Assembly: GCA_963776915.1 (NCBI GenBank)
Contig: CAVZPE010000008.1
Location: forward strand, 34,124 to 98,123
Origin: an uncultured Acidobacteriota bacterium
GTDB lineage: Bacteria > Acidobacteriota > Thermoanaerobaculia > UBA5066
Direction: 5' to 3'
DNA length: 64,000 nt
This document shows, piece by piece, positions 27,733 through 43,517 of this stretch. The translations under genes and the position numbers were made by a program. Each line of letters opens with the position of its first letter. Position 1 is the stretch's first letter. The notes beneath the pieces are model-generated. The model did no database searches. It saw only the letters and a list, made by a program, of their open reading frames with translations, and was not told where the DNA came from.

Positions 27733-29145
27733 GCGCCTCGACCTCGGGCAGCGCGTCGCGTGCCTCGGTCCCCTTGAGGACGCCGACGAGACGGCGCGCC
27801 TTCTCGCGCACGCGCCCGTCCAGGGCGGGCATCTGGGAGACGCGCGAGCAGATGCCGGCGATCTGCGTCGCGATCTTCTCGTCGGACGCGAGCTTCGCCA
27901 TCGAGTCGAGGATCTCCATCTGGACGTCGGGCTGCGTCACGGCGGCCTTGAACGCGTCGAGGAGCGGCTGCGCGGCCCGCGGGTCGCCGAGATCGCCGAG
28001 CGCGGACGCGGCCGGGATCGCGAGCTCCGGCTCCCTCAGGGCGGCGAGGACGCGCGTCAGGACGGCGTCGTCGCCCTTCCCGAGGCGGCCGAGGGTCTCG
28101 AGCGCGCGCGTCTTGACCCAGAAGTCCTTGTCGTCGACGAGCTGGACCCAGATCGGGAGGGCCTTCGCGTCCGCGAGCGCGAGCGTCATCTCGGAGGCCG
28201 CCTTGGCGAGCAGCGGGATCCGGCGTCGCGCGTGAGCTTCAGGAGCGCGTTCACGAAGCCCGGGAGCCCGTCCCGCGCCGTCTCGACGGCCCGGTCGCGC
28301 ACCCAGACGAACGAGCCCCGGAAGTGCTCGAGGATCCGCCGGGCGAGGAGATCCGGCGCGTAGGGGAGCAGGAGACCGACCGTCCCGTTGCGGACGAGGG
28401 CGTTCCCGTCCGCGAGGAGCGGGACGATCTCGGGCGTGTGGTCCTGCTTGGCGCCCGCGAGGAGCTTCTTGAGCGCCGCGAACGACGCCTCCATCACCCG
28501 CCCGCCGCCCGTCCGCGCCATCTGGAGGACGTCGGGGAAGTAGCTCTCGTTCGGGTTCTTCTCGAGGACCGCGAGCGCCGAGTAGCGGATCTCCTCGTTC
28601 TCGTCCTGCAGGAGAGGGACGGCGAGGCTCGCCGCGACGTCCGCGCTCTCCTCGAAGTTCATCTCGCTGACGGCCTTCAGGGCGCGGGCGCGCACGGTCG
28701 GGTTCGAGGCGGTCAGGACGCGCCGCGCGATGTCGAACGCGGTCTGCGCCGGAAGCTCGCGGGCGAGCTCGAGCGCCGCGAGGCGGGCGAAGTCGTCGCC
28801 GCGCGAGGCGATCTCCTGCAGGAAGGGCGGGAGCTGCGGCCCCGCGAGCTCCTTCAGGAACCGCATGACGGCCCGGCGCACGGCCTCCGAGCGCGTCTTG
28901 AGGAGCGGGACGAGCGCCTCGAGGCCGGCGCGGTCGTGCCGCCGCTTCAGGATCGCGAGGCCCGCGGTGCGGATCTCGGGCACGGAGTCGACGGCCGTCC
29001 AGGCGACCCACTCGACCTCGGGCTTCGGGAGCGACTGGAACTTCTCGAGGAGGTCCTTCTTCTGCTCCTCGCTCGACCACTTGTGCTCGCGCAGCTGCAC
29101 GACGAACGCCGGCTCCGACCGAAGCCCGCGCAGCTTCTCTAGCAC
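27733..29145 (-). CDS. HEAT/PBS-repeat protein (frameshift about 28215; may be fused to the pilU-like ATPase)
   Basis: Repeating ALxxLGDxxAxxxL HEAT-like units in two frames (ORF 28186..29340 and 27733..28230, the latter inside ORF 25496..29572). I chose the GTG at 29145 because the ATG 29340 N-terminus is GPGPGP low-complexity. No stop before the pilU-like region. Confidence 0.5.
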
Positions 29146-29325
29146 GTCGTCCCGGGCTCCATCGTGCCCGTATCGTAGCCGAGGCCGGCGGGCGAGCCCC
29201 TCCGGGGCGGCTCCGCTGTCCGGACACGTTGTTACGAAAAGTGTCAGGTGGCCGGAGGGCGGCCGGTGCCGTTCCGGGCCGGGCCCGGGACCAGGCCCTT
29301 GTGAGACAATGAGTTGCGATCCCGA

Positions 29326-29340
29326 ACGAGGCCCCGGCAC
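29326..29340 (+). promoter_or_regulatory. candidate sigma-54 promoter (GGCACGAAGCTCGC) upstream of minor pilin operon
   Basis: GG-N10-GC spacing satisfied. It lies 30 nt upstream of the ATG at 29370. The divergent region also carries the inverted repeat GACACGTTGTTACGAAAAGTGTC (29226-29248). Confidence 0.35.
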
Positions 29341-29369
29341 GAAGCTCGCGTAGAAGGGAGCGGGAATCC

Positions 29370-30119
29370 ATGGTGATGAGCGTTCCGAAGGCTGTCCGGC
29401 GCTTCCGCCTCCGCGTCCATCCGGTCCGCGGCGGGCGCGGCTTCTCGCTCGTCGAGCTCCTCGTCGTGATCGCGATCCTCGCGATCGTCTTCATCGTCGG
29501 GGGGATGCAGGTCACGAAGGCGTGGCAGCGCCAGAAGCTCCAGAGCGCGTCGGCGGACATCAAGATCCTCATGCAGCGCGCGCTGCCCGAGATGCAGCGC
29601 CGCGGGATGGCGACCTTCGTCCGGGTCGGGCCTCTCGTGACCGCCGGCGCCGTCCGTTACCTTCCGATCTACCTCATCGGCGACGCGAACGCGAACGGCG
29701 CGGTCGACGCCTTCGCGAACCCGCCGACGGTGGCGGCTCCGGACCTCCTGATCGACGAGTACGACATCATGGTGGTCGGCCAGACCGGCGTGAAGGGCAC
29801 GACGGGCGTGACGCAGGAATTCTGCCTGTCCGACGCGGACATCACGCAGATCCAGTCGACCCTCTGGTCGGACAACACGACGAACTGGACCAACGGGCGC
29901 ACCCTCATGTGCGACTTCCAGGGCCGGGCGATCGACATCGCGAGCGGCCTGCAGATCGCCGGGCCCGCCACGCTCGTCCTGACGCACGTGAACATGGTGG
30001 TCGGCGACCTCCTGCCGCGCACGCGCTACGTCCTCAGCATCAACCCCGTCTGGAGCGTCCGGATCCGGAAACAGGTCCAGGACGCCACGAGCACCTGGGT
30101 GGACCAGTCCGGTGGGTGA
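29370..30119 (+). CDS. minor pilin / pseudopilin (FimT/FimU/GspH-like), prepilin N-terminal domain
   Basis: Leader ...GGRG then FSLVELLVVIAILAIVFIV. 249 aa, intact. Confidence 0.7.
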   Translation: MVMSVPKAVRRFRLRVHPVRGGRGFSLVELLVVIAILAIVFIVGGMQVTKAWQRQKLQSASADIKILMQRALPEMQRRGMATFVRVGPLVTAGAVRYLPIYLIGDANANGAVDAFANPPTVAAPDLLIDEYDIMVVGQTGVKGTTGVTQEFCLSDADITQIQSTLWSDNTTNWTNGRTLMCDFQGRAIDIASGLQIAGPATLVLTHVNMVVGDLLPRTRYVLSINPVWSVRIRKQVQDATSTWVDQSGG

Positions 30120-30700
30120 CGCCGTGAAGGGCCGCCTCTCGTGTCGCCCGTCCCGGCGCCCCGCGCGCGGGTCGAGCTTCGTCGAGGTCCTCCTCGCGAT
30201 GACGATCATGGCGCTCGTCCTCGTCGGGATCCTCCAGATGTTCTCGGTCTCCCTCGTGATCAACAAGGGCTCGGCCGCCCGCACGCAGATGCTCTTCCGC
30301 TGCCAGCAGGTCGTCGAGAACATCCGGTACTTCTACTTCCTGAACCGCAACGCGACCGCCACGCCCGCGCTCCTGACGGACACGGCGGCACGTGTCCGCG
30401 TCGCCGATGACGGTGCCCGGGACGCTGCCGATTCCCCTGAGCGACGTCGCGCAGACGTTCCTGCCCTACGCCGCGACGGACGCGACGTGGCCCTACTGGG
30501 GCCCGACCGGGGCCAACGTCATGGAGCAGGAGAACGGCCCGTACAAGATCTCGTACACGATCCAGAGGGACGCGGCCCAGAGCACGCTGGGTCGTGACGG
30601 TGTCCGCGATCCCGACCGACGTCGGGACGGCGACGCGCTATTTCGGAGTCGGCCTCACGGGCGGCGGCAAGCGGGTGGACTATGTGGCGCAGTTCCAGTA
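30112..30700 (+). CDS. minor pilin (PilV-like), two frameshifts (about 30395, about 30590)
   Basis: SSFVEVLLAMTIMALVLVGIL prepilin helix in frame 1. It continues as TVPGTLPIPLSDVAQTFLPYAATDATWPYWGPTGANVMEQENGPYKISYTIQRDAAQSTLG in frame 2, then VTVSAIPTDVGTATRYFGVGLTGGGKRVDYVAQFQ stop in frame 3. Confidence 0.55.
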
Positions 30701-31978
30701 GGCGTCCGGTGCGCGCCGCGGGCGGCTTCACGCTCATCGAGGCGATGGTGTCGCTGCTGCTCCTCGTCATCGTCCTCACGGTCGCGATGACGATGCTCTT
30801 CCAGATGCGCGCCTTCGCCGAGCGGCAGCAGTTCTACATGCTGCCCCGCCAGACGGCGCGGCGGGTCGCCGACTACCTCTCGTACTACGTCGCGGGCGCC
30901 TCGGACCTGAACGACCGCACGACCCCGCGCACGAGCCCGAACGCGCTCGTCATGTACTACAACCTCGCGGGCGCCCCGGTCCAGGCGTCGTACGACAACC
31001 TCAGCGGCGGCGAGGCGGGCAACGCGATCACGGTGGCCGGCGTCTCGACGAAGTTCGGGGACATCGGGACGGACGTCCTCACGCTCGTCGCGCCCACGAA
31101 CCCGGCGAAGTACCTCGTGTCGCCGCCGTTCCCGGCGCTCGGGACCGGCGTCGATCTCTACTTCAACTTCCGGGGCGGATGCGCCGGAGGCGATGCGGCG
31201 AACATGACGGCGTTCCAGGCCGCGACGGGCTTCGACGGCACGCAGAGCGCGCTCCTCACGCTCATCGACCGCAACGGCAACTGGATCTACTTCCGCATCC
31301 CGGCGGCGGGCTACGTCGCCGGCGGCCTGTGCACGGACGTCACGACGTTCCGGAACATCCACGTCCAGGCCGACACCCAGGCGGCGGGCCTCCCGGCGCC
31401 TCCGAACGGCACGGCGAACCTCGCGGATCCCGTCTCGCTCGTCACGGGCATCCAGGTCATCTCCTTCCGCATCCTGACGGATCCGGTGGACAACGTGCCG
31501 AAGCTCCAGCAGAAGCTCGACCTCTTCGATCCCGCCACCGACAATCCGGGAACCGCGTTCGTGAACGTCATGGAGAACGTCGAGGACCTGCAGGTCACGT
31601 ACGTCTACGCGACCGAGCCCGCCGCCGGCACCGGGACGTTCTGGAACACGGCGAGCCAGACGCTCGCCGGGGACGCCGTGCCCCCGCAGGCCGGGCCCGT
31701 GGCCATCCCCGGCCCGACGGACATCACGAACGTGATCGGCATCCGGTTCTCGGTCACGTCCCGCTCGCCGCGGCTCAGCCTCGGCGCCCAGGGCCTGACG
31801 AACGTGCGCAGCACGGAGGACCTCTCGACGACGACGAGCCTGCACTTCCGGCCCGCGTCGGAGAACCACCCGGTGACGATGGACCCGTTCGTGCCGACGC
31901 GGCCCGCTCTACGACCTCTTCGACCACTATCGGGCGACGGCGATGCTCATGCTGCGCAACCGGACGCTCGGGAGCTGA
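30682..31978 (+). CDS. minor pilin PilW-like (frameshift about 31900)
   Basis: Leader ...AAGG then FTLIEAMVSLLLLVIVLTVAM. The long body runs to ...PVTMDPFVPTRPA. The C-terminus LYDLFDHYRATAMLMLRNRTLGS is in the +1 frame, with its stop at 31976-31978. Confidence 0.6.
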
Positions 31979-31983
31979 CGGCG

Positions 31984-32634
31984 ATGACATCGATGACCAC
32001 GAAGAACCGCGGCAGCGCCCTCGTCTCGGTCATCCTCGTGCTCCTCGTCCTCACGATCGTGGGCGTCGGCATCGCGTACTTCACGTCGATGGAGGACCGC
32101 CTCTCGGGCAACACGCGGATCGCGAAGGCGGCGTTCTACGCCGCGGACGCGGGCCTCCGCCGCGCCGAGCTCGCGTTGAGCGACACGGCCGGCCTCACGA
32201 GCACCTGCGCGCCGATCACGCTCACCCAGATCCTGAGCACCGGCTCGACGCCCGTGCTCAACGTGCCGGGCGGCGGCAACGCCGCGATCCCCCTGGACCT
32301 CACGAGCTTCAACGCGGTCGGGTGCCTCCCGGCGGTGGACCAGATCAAGTACCTCGACATCCCGGTTCCCGTCGTGGCCGGGACGCCGGTGGTGGACCGC
32401 GCGACGTACTCGCTCTACGTGAGGAACAACCTCGACGACACGGCGGGCACGCCGACGACCGACGCGGACAACATCGTCAACATCGTGGCCGGTCGGGACG
32501 GTGCAGCTCGTGGCCGGCACGTCCTTCACGCGCATCCTCGAAGAGCAGGTCATCCTCTCGGTGGGAGGTTCGTTCGGCAGCAGCCAGAAGAACCTGAACG
32601 CCGGAGGCACGGGCACCGCGCAAAGGAGAGCTCC

Positions 32635-32638
<4 letters not shown>
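31984..32638 (+). CDS. PilX-like pilus assembly protein (frameshift about 32495)
   Basis: N-terminus MTSMTTKNRGSALVSVILVLLVLTIVGVGIAYFTSMEDRLSGNTRIAKAAFYAADAGL (PilX N-domain). The C-terminus ...GTVQLVAGTSFTRILEEQVILSVGGSFGSSQKNLNAGG is in another frame. The stop overlaps the pilY1-like ATG (ATGA). Confidence 0.6.
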
Positions 32639-37816
<5,178 letters not shown>

Positions 37817-37849
37817 GCGCGCCGGGCCGGTCCCGATAAGATCCCGCGC

Positions 37850-39062
37850 ATGGACGCGGGGCCGGCCCGTCGGCGCTCCACCGGCTTCTCCCTGGCGGAG
37901 CTGCTCCTGACGCTGGTCGCGCTCGGCCTCGTCGTGTGGGTCGCGCTGCGGATCGTGGACCGCGGGACCCGGATCCCCGCCGACGCGCCGGCGACGTCCG
38001 GGCCCGAGGCGGTGCTCGGGGCGGCGGTCCGGACGATCGCGAAGGACGTGCGGGCCGCCGCGGCGGGAGGCCTGCCGGGCGAAGAGGCCCTCCGGCCCGT
38101 CGCCGACAACACCCGGCCGCCTTCGCCCTCCTCCTACCGTACGGTCGCGGGCGGGATCGTGACCGTCCGGCCCGGCACGGACCAGCTCGGCCTGAGGGGG
38201 GTGGTCCGGACGCCGTTCCTCGCCCTGGACCCGCGGTCTCCCGGAACGGCGGATTCCGTGTCCGACCGGATCCGCTCCCGGCCGACGGAGGTGCCGGTCC
38301 GCGCGCCGGCGAGCCGGGCCCGTCGGCGCCGTGCGCGCACGCCTCGGCGAGGCGCCGGCCGGCGCCAAGACGTTCTTCCTCGTCCGGGACGCCGCGGGGC
38401 GGTGGGCCGTGGGGCGCGTCGCGTCCGTCGCCGCGGGGGCGCCGGGCGGCCCGCTCGACCTCGTCCTCGACTTCGCCGACGCCGACGCGCGCGCGCGAAA
38501 CGCGGGACCGGACGCCGCGTCCGCCCTGGGCGATCCCGTCAGCGGAGGCGTCTTCGACGACCTCGTGTGGTTCGTCGCGGAGGGCAACCCGGGCAACCCG
38601 CCCGACTACGCGAGCGCGAGCGATCCCGATTCGCTTCGCCATCCGCATCCGTACCTCGCCGTCGCCGCCTCGGCGGGGGGCGGCCGCTGGGACGTCCGCG
38701 GCTCGGGGGAGGACGTCGAGGACTTCCAGGTGGCCTGGGGGCTGTCGGGGCCCACCGGGGCGCTGGAGTGGCACGGCGACACGCCGGGGAGCCAGGCCCC
38801 GGCCGCCGGTGATCTCGTCGATCCCCAGGGCCATTCGCGGCTCCGGGCGCTCCGCCTCGCGCTCGTCGCCCGTTCGCCGCAGCGTCTTCCGCGCAGCTCG
38901 GGGTCGCCGGCCCCGGAATTCGCGGTCCCGCTGAACGGCCCCGTGCCGGGCACGCTCCCGGGCGCGGCGCCGATCGGATGGGACCCCTTCCCGCAGCGGC
39001 GGATCCGGTTCGACCGCGAGACGCGCGAGGAGCTCGTCACGCTGCCGCCGCCCGCCCCCTGA
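37850..39062 (+). CDS. prepilin-type N-terminal domain protein (pilin-like, about 400 aa; frameshift about 38310)
   Basis: STGFSLAELLLTLVALGLVVWVAL N-terminal pilin helix. The C-terminal part (ORF 38331..39062) is protein-like, ending RIRFDRETREELVTLPPPAP. Confidence 0.55.
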
Positions 39063-39111
39063 CCGGCGCGGGTGTAAAATCACGGGGCATATCGTCTGGA
39101 GGGAGGGCCTC

Positions 39112-40014
39112 ATGCGTCGGCTTCTGATCGCCACGGCGCTCTTCGCGGGCTGGGCGGCTTTCGCCTCGGCCGACGAGATCTGGCTGAAGGACGGCCGCGC
39201 GATCGCGACGAACAAGCCGGTCGTCACGAAGGGCCGGAACGCCCTCATCACGACGACCGACGGCGTCCTCGTGTCGGTCCCGCTCTCGGAGATCGACCAG
39301 GCGAGGACGGCCGAGGCGAAGGCGCGCGCGGCCGCCCCGACGCCGGCGCCGACCCCGAACCTGATGAAACCGATGTCGCCCGCGGAGGCCGCCCGGCAGA
39401 AGTCCGGGAAGAAGGCCGTCGTCGTCCTCACGGACGATTCCGTCGCGCACGGGTTCGGCGACGAGGGAGGCGAGGCCAAGGCGTCGGACGGCGAGGGCCG
39501 CGTGGACGTCGCGAACACGTCGGCGACGCGCACCCAGGACGGTTACGCGTTCACGGGCACGGTCATCAACAACGGGTCGGCGCCCGTCTCGGGCGTGTCC
39601 GTCACGATCGAGTCCGTCGGAAGGGACGGCAAGACGTTCTCGTCCGCGTACGCGAACGTGGCGAAGGACTCGCTCGAGCCCGGCGAGAAGTCCACGTTCA
39701 CGGCGAGCGCGCCCCTCGAGGGCGAAGCGGCCTCGTTCCGGTACATGCCGCGCTGGCAGGTCCCGATCCCGCCGAAGACGGCGGACGAGAAGGCGAAGGG
39801 CGCCGCGCCGGGCGGCGCGGCCAAGGGCGAGGGCTCGGCCGAGGCGGAGCCGACGGCGGCTCCGACGCCGGCCCCCGTGCCGACGCTCGTGCCGATCCCT
39901 CGGCCCGACGTGGCCCCGCCGACGGCGAACGCGCCGGTGGGCAACCCGGCGAGCGGGGCGTTCCTCCCGCCGCCGGACGGATCGCAGACGACGGCCAAGC
40001 CGCCGTCCACCTGA
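39112..40014 (+). CDS. secreted hypothetical protein
   Basis: Signal peptide MRRLLIATALFAGWAAFASA. 300 aa, intact, with an Ala/Pro-rich tail. Confidence 0.6.
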   Translation: MRRLLIATALFAGWAAFASADEIWLKDGRAIATNKPVVTKGRNALITTTDGVLVSVPLSEIDQARTAEAKARAAAPTPAPTPNLMKPMSPAEAARQKSGKKAVVVLTDDSVAHGFGDEGGEAKASDGEGRVDVANTSATRTQDGYAFTGTVINNGSAPVSGVSVTIESVGRDGKTFSSAYANVAKDSLEPGEKSTFTASAPLEGEAASFRYMPRWQVPIPPKTADEKAKGAAPGGAAKGEGSAEAEPTAAPTPAPVPTLVPIPRPDVAPPTANAPVGNPASGAFLPPPDGSQTTAKPPST

Positions 40015-40036
40015 CCGCGCGGCCGGACCGGCCCTG

Positions 40037-41398
40037 ATGAGCGCGGAGATCCTGCTCGTCGAGGACCGCGAGTCCCTGCGCGCGATGCTCGCGGAAACGC
40101 TCGCGGGCGAGGGCTACACCGTGGAGCCCGTCGCGACGGGAGAGGAGGCCGTGCGGCGCCTGGGCGAGGGCCGCCGCTACGGTCTCGTCCTGACGGATCT
40201 CAAGCTGCCGGGAGCCGACGGGATCGCCGTCCTTAGGGCCGCGATCGCCTCGGACCCTTCGGTCCCGGTCGTCGTCCTCACCGGATTCGGCACCGTCGAG
40301 ACGGCCGTCGTCGCGATGAAGGCCGGCGCGGCGGACTTCCTGAGCAAGCCCGTCGACCCGGACCTCCTGCTCCTGCTCGTCGAGCGGCACGTGCGCGCGC
40401 GCCGCTCGGCCGTGGCGCGCGTCCTCCTCGCCGAGGAGGCCGGGCTTGCGGGGATGCCCGAGATCGTCGGGTCCTCGCGCGCCCTCGCCGAGGCCCTCGA
40501 ACGGGTGCGCCAGGCGGCGCCCTCCGACGTCACGGTCCTCCTGACCGGGGAGTCGGGCACGGGCAAGGAGCTCTTCGCGCGCGCTCTCCACGCTCTCTCT
40601 CCCCGCGCGCCCGGGCCCTTCGTCGCGGTGAACGTCGCGGCGCTGCCGGAGAGCCTCGTCGAGAACGAGCTCTTCGGCCACGAGCGCGGCGCCTACACGG
40701 GCGCGACGGACCGCCGCGCGGGGCGCTTCGAGCTGGCGGACGGCGGGACTCTCTTTCTCGACGAGATCGGCGAGCTCCCGGCCGCCGCGCAGGCGAAGCT
40801 CCTCAGGATCGTCGAGGAGCGGACGTTCCTGCGTGTGGGCGGGACCGCGTCCATCACCGTCGACGTGCGCCTCGTCGCCGCGACGAACAGCGACCTCGCG
40901 CAGCGCGTGAAGGCCGGCGCCTTCCGCGAAGACCTCTTCTACCGTCTCGACGTGTTCCCCGTGCGGCTCCCGCCGCTGCGCTCGCGGACCGAGGACATTC
41001 CGGCTCTCGCGAAGGCCTTCGCCGCGGCCGCCGCGCGGCAGGTCAAGAAGCGGGACGTCGCGCTCTCCCCGGGGGCGCTCGAGCGGCTCGCGGCGCACGA
41101 CTGGCCCGGGAACGTCCGCGAGCTCCGCAACGTGATCGAGCGGGCGGTCCTGCTCGCGCCCGGCGGCGTCGTCCGCCCCGCGGACATCGTCGTGGGTCTG
41201 CCGGGCGAGAGCCCGGCACCTTATCCGTCCCTGGACGGCACGCTCGAGGAGGCCGCCGAACGGTGGCGGCGGGCGGGGGAAGCCGCCCGGATCCGGCGCG
41301 CGCTCGACGAGACCGGCGGGGACAAGCCCCGCGCGGCCGAGGAGCTCGGCGTCAACGTCCGGCGCCTCGTTCAGCGCATGAAGGAGCTGGGTCTTTGA
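40037..41398 (+). CDS. sigma-54-dependent response regulator (NtrC/PilR family)
   Basis: Receiver domain, AAA+ (GESGTGKE, ENELFGHERGAYTGA), and C-terminal Fis-type HTH. 453 aa, intact. Confidence 0.8.
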   Translation: MSAEILLVEDRESLRAMLAETLAGEGYTVEPVATGEEAVRRLGEGRRYGLVLTDLKLPGADGIAVLRAAIASDPSVPVVVLTGFGTVETAVVAMKAGAADFLSKPVDPDLLLLLVERHVRARRSAVARVLLAEEAGLAGMPEIVGSSRALAEALERVRQAAPSDVTVLLTGESGTGKELFARALHALSPRAPGPFVAVNVAALPESLVENELFGHERGAYTGATDRRAGRFELADGGTLFLDEIGELPAAAQAKLLRIVEERTFLRVGGTASITVDVRLVAATNSDLAQRVKAGAFREDLFYRLDVFPVRLPPLRSRTEDIPALAKAFAAAAARQVKKRDVALSPGALERLAAHDWPGNVRELRNVIERAVLLAPGGVVRPADIVVGLPGESPAPYPSLDGTLEEAAERWRRAGEAARIRRALDETGGDKPRAAEELGVNVRRLVQRMKELGL

Positions 41399-41479
41399 CC
41401 TCGAGGCGGGAACCCGTCATGCGGGTTCCCGCACTCTCCGCTCGGCGTGCTTCGCCCGGCTGCGCTTGCGCTCGCCGGC

Positions 41480-42870
41480 TCAGCCGCCTGCGCCGGCGGA
41501 ACCGACACCCCGGAGCGCCTCTGCGAGCTCCGCGTCCTCCTCCTCCGCGACGCTGCGGAGGTCGAGAAGGACGCGGCCGTCCTCGATCCGTGCGACGACC
41601 GGGAGCGCTCCCGCGCGGAGGGCCGCGGCGAGCGCGTCGGCGGTGAGTCCGCTCCGCCTCAGGGCGACCGCCGCGGACGGGAGAGTCGACTCGGCGCCGG
41701 CGCCACCGCCCGCGATCGCCGTCGACTCCACGGCCTCGGCCTCGAAGCCGGCGGTCCGGGCCAGCGCGGCCAGCCGTTCCGCACGGACTCGCAGGGAATC
41801 CAGGGACAGCGCCGACCATCCGGAAGAACGGGACCTCGCCGCTCCGGCCCGAGAGGTGGAGGTCGAGCGTGGCGGCCAGTGCGCCGAGAACGAGCTTGTC
41901 CGGCCTCAGGGCGCGCGCGAGGGGGTTGCGTGCGGCGCGCGCGACGAGGTCCGGCGCGGCCGAGGAGGATTCCCGCCTGCGGGCCGCCGAGGACCTTGTC
42001 GCCCGAGAAGCACACGAGGTCGGCGCCCGCGTCGAGCGCCTCGAGCGGAACGGGCTCGTCGGCGAGGCCGGGCTCGTCGAAGCGGCGGGGCGCGCCCGAG
42101 CCCGCGTCGTAGACGAGGGGCACGCCCCGCGCGCGCGTGAGCGCGGCGAGGTCCGCGAGGGACGACCTCCTCCGTGAACCCGACGATCCGGTAGTTCGAG
42201 GGGCGCACCTTGAGGACCGCGCCGGCGCCCGCGTCGAGCGCCTCGACGTAGTCGCGCGCGGTGGTCCTGTTCGTCGTCCCGACCTCGAGGAGCGAGGCGC
42301 CGCTCTTCGCGAGGATCGACGGGACGCGGAAGTCGCCGCCGATCGCGACGAGCTCGCCGCGCGAGACGGCGACGGGCTTCCCGTTCGCGAGCGTGTCGAG
42401 GGCGAGAAGGAGGGCGGCGGCCGCGTTCGTGACGGCGAGCGCGTCGACGTCCGGGCGGCCGCGCGCGAAGAGCTCGAGGAGGAGCGGGCGGACGTGCTCG
42501 CCGCGGCGCCCGCGCCCGCCGGTCGCGAGGTCGAACTCGAGCGTCGAGAAGCCCGCGGCGCGCGCGGCGGCGTCGACGGCGGCGCGCGGCCAGCGGGGCG
42601 CGCCCGAGGTTCGTGTGGAGGAGGACGCCCGTCGCGTTCACGACGCGCGCGGGGCCCGGCACGGGGCCGCCCGGCGAGGCGGGCGTCCGCGTCGCGGAGG
42701 ATCGCGTCCTCCGGGGGGCCGGCGGGCGCCTCGCGCCAGCGCGCCGCGGCCTCGCGCAGGGCGGCCTTGGCGCGCTCGCGGCCGTGGCGCTCGCGACAGG
42801 GCGCGGCCGGCCGGGCTCCCGAGGAGCCGGTCCATCGGCGGGGGTCGCGTGCCGGGTCCATGGTCACGGA
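41480..42870 (-). CDS. selA: L-seryl-tRNA(Sec) selenium transferase, fragmented by several frameshifts
   Basis: SelA motifs are spread over four minus-strand frames: VVNATGVLLHTNLGRA (42662 ORF), RPSNYRIVGF (42208 ORF), DLVCFSGDKVLGGPQAGILLG (42867 ORF), and the C-terminus ALPVVARIEDGRVLLDLRSV (41731 ORF). Confidence 0.6.
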
Positions 42871-42888
42871 ATGTAGACTACTTTGTGG

Positions 42889-43517
42889 CCATGCCGGTCT
42901 CGATCGAGCGCGACCTCGACCTCCTCGAGAGGAGCCTCACGGCGCTCAAGGTCGACTACGAGCGGTTCTTCACGGGCGAGCTCCGCACGCCGCCCGTGGC
43001 GGCCCGCCGGAAGGTCGACGAGCTGCTGCGGCGCGTCGGCAACGTCGAGATCGAGCGCGGCGGCCGAGCGGTTCCGTCTCCAGGCGCTCGAGGGCCGGTA
43101 CACCGCGATGACGGAGCTCTGGGACAAGCGCCTGTCGGCGAAGGAGGAGGGGCGGGGCCTCTTCCGCGTGGTCCGGCACGGCCGCCGCCGCCGCGAAGGC
43201 GCCTCCGCCTGCGCCCCCGCCCGCCCCGGCGGCCGAAGTCGGTCTCCTCCGACGGCGAGAGCTCGACCTCCGTAAAAGCGGTCGGACGGGGCGACATGAA
43301 GTCGCTCTTCGACCGTTTCTGCGCGGCGCGCGCGTCGGCCGGGGAGGACGTGTCGAAGCTCCGGTACGACCGATTCGAGGACCTCGTGAAGAAACAGGCC
43401 GCCGAGATCCGCCGGACGACGGGCGCGACACGCCTCGCGTTCGAGGTCCAGACCCGCGAGGGGAAGGTCCGTCTCGTCGGCCGGCCGCTGCCGGCGCCCG
43501 CGAAAGGGAATCCATGA
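42889..43517 (+). CDS. conserved hypothetical protein (two frameshifts)
   Basis: MPVSIERDLDLLERSLTALKVDYERFF..., then a middle part in ORF 42883..43275 (AAERFRLQALEGRYTAMTELWDKRLSAKEEGRGLF), then the C-terminus MKSLFDRFCAARASAGEDVSKLRYDRFEDLVKKQAAEIRRTTGATRLAFEVQTREGKVRLVGRP. Confidence 0.45.

Noticed and set aside
29146-29340. HEAT-repeat gene starting at ATG 29340
   Set aside because: The first 65 codons are GPGPGPGP-type low complexity and would leave only a 30-nt divergent promoter region. The in-frame GTG at 29145 begins the protein-like sequence (VLEKLRGLRSEPAFVVQL...). I kept this as the lower-confidence alternative.
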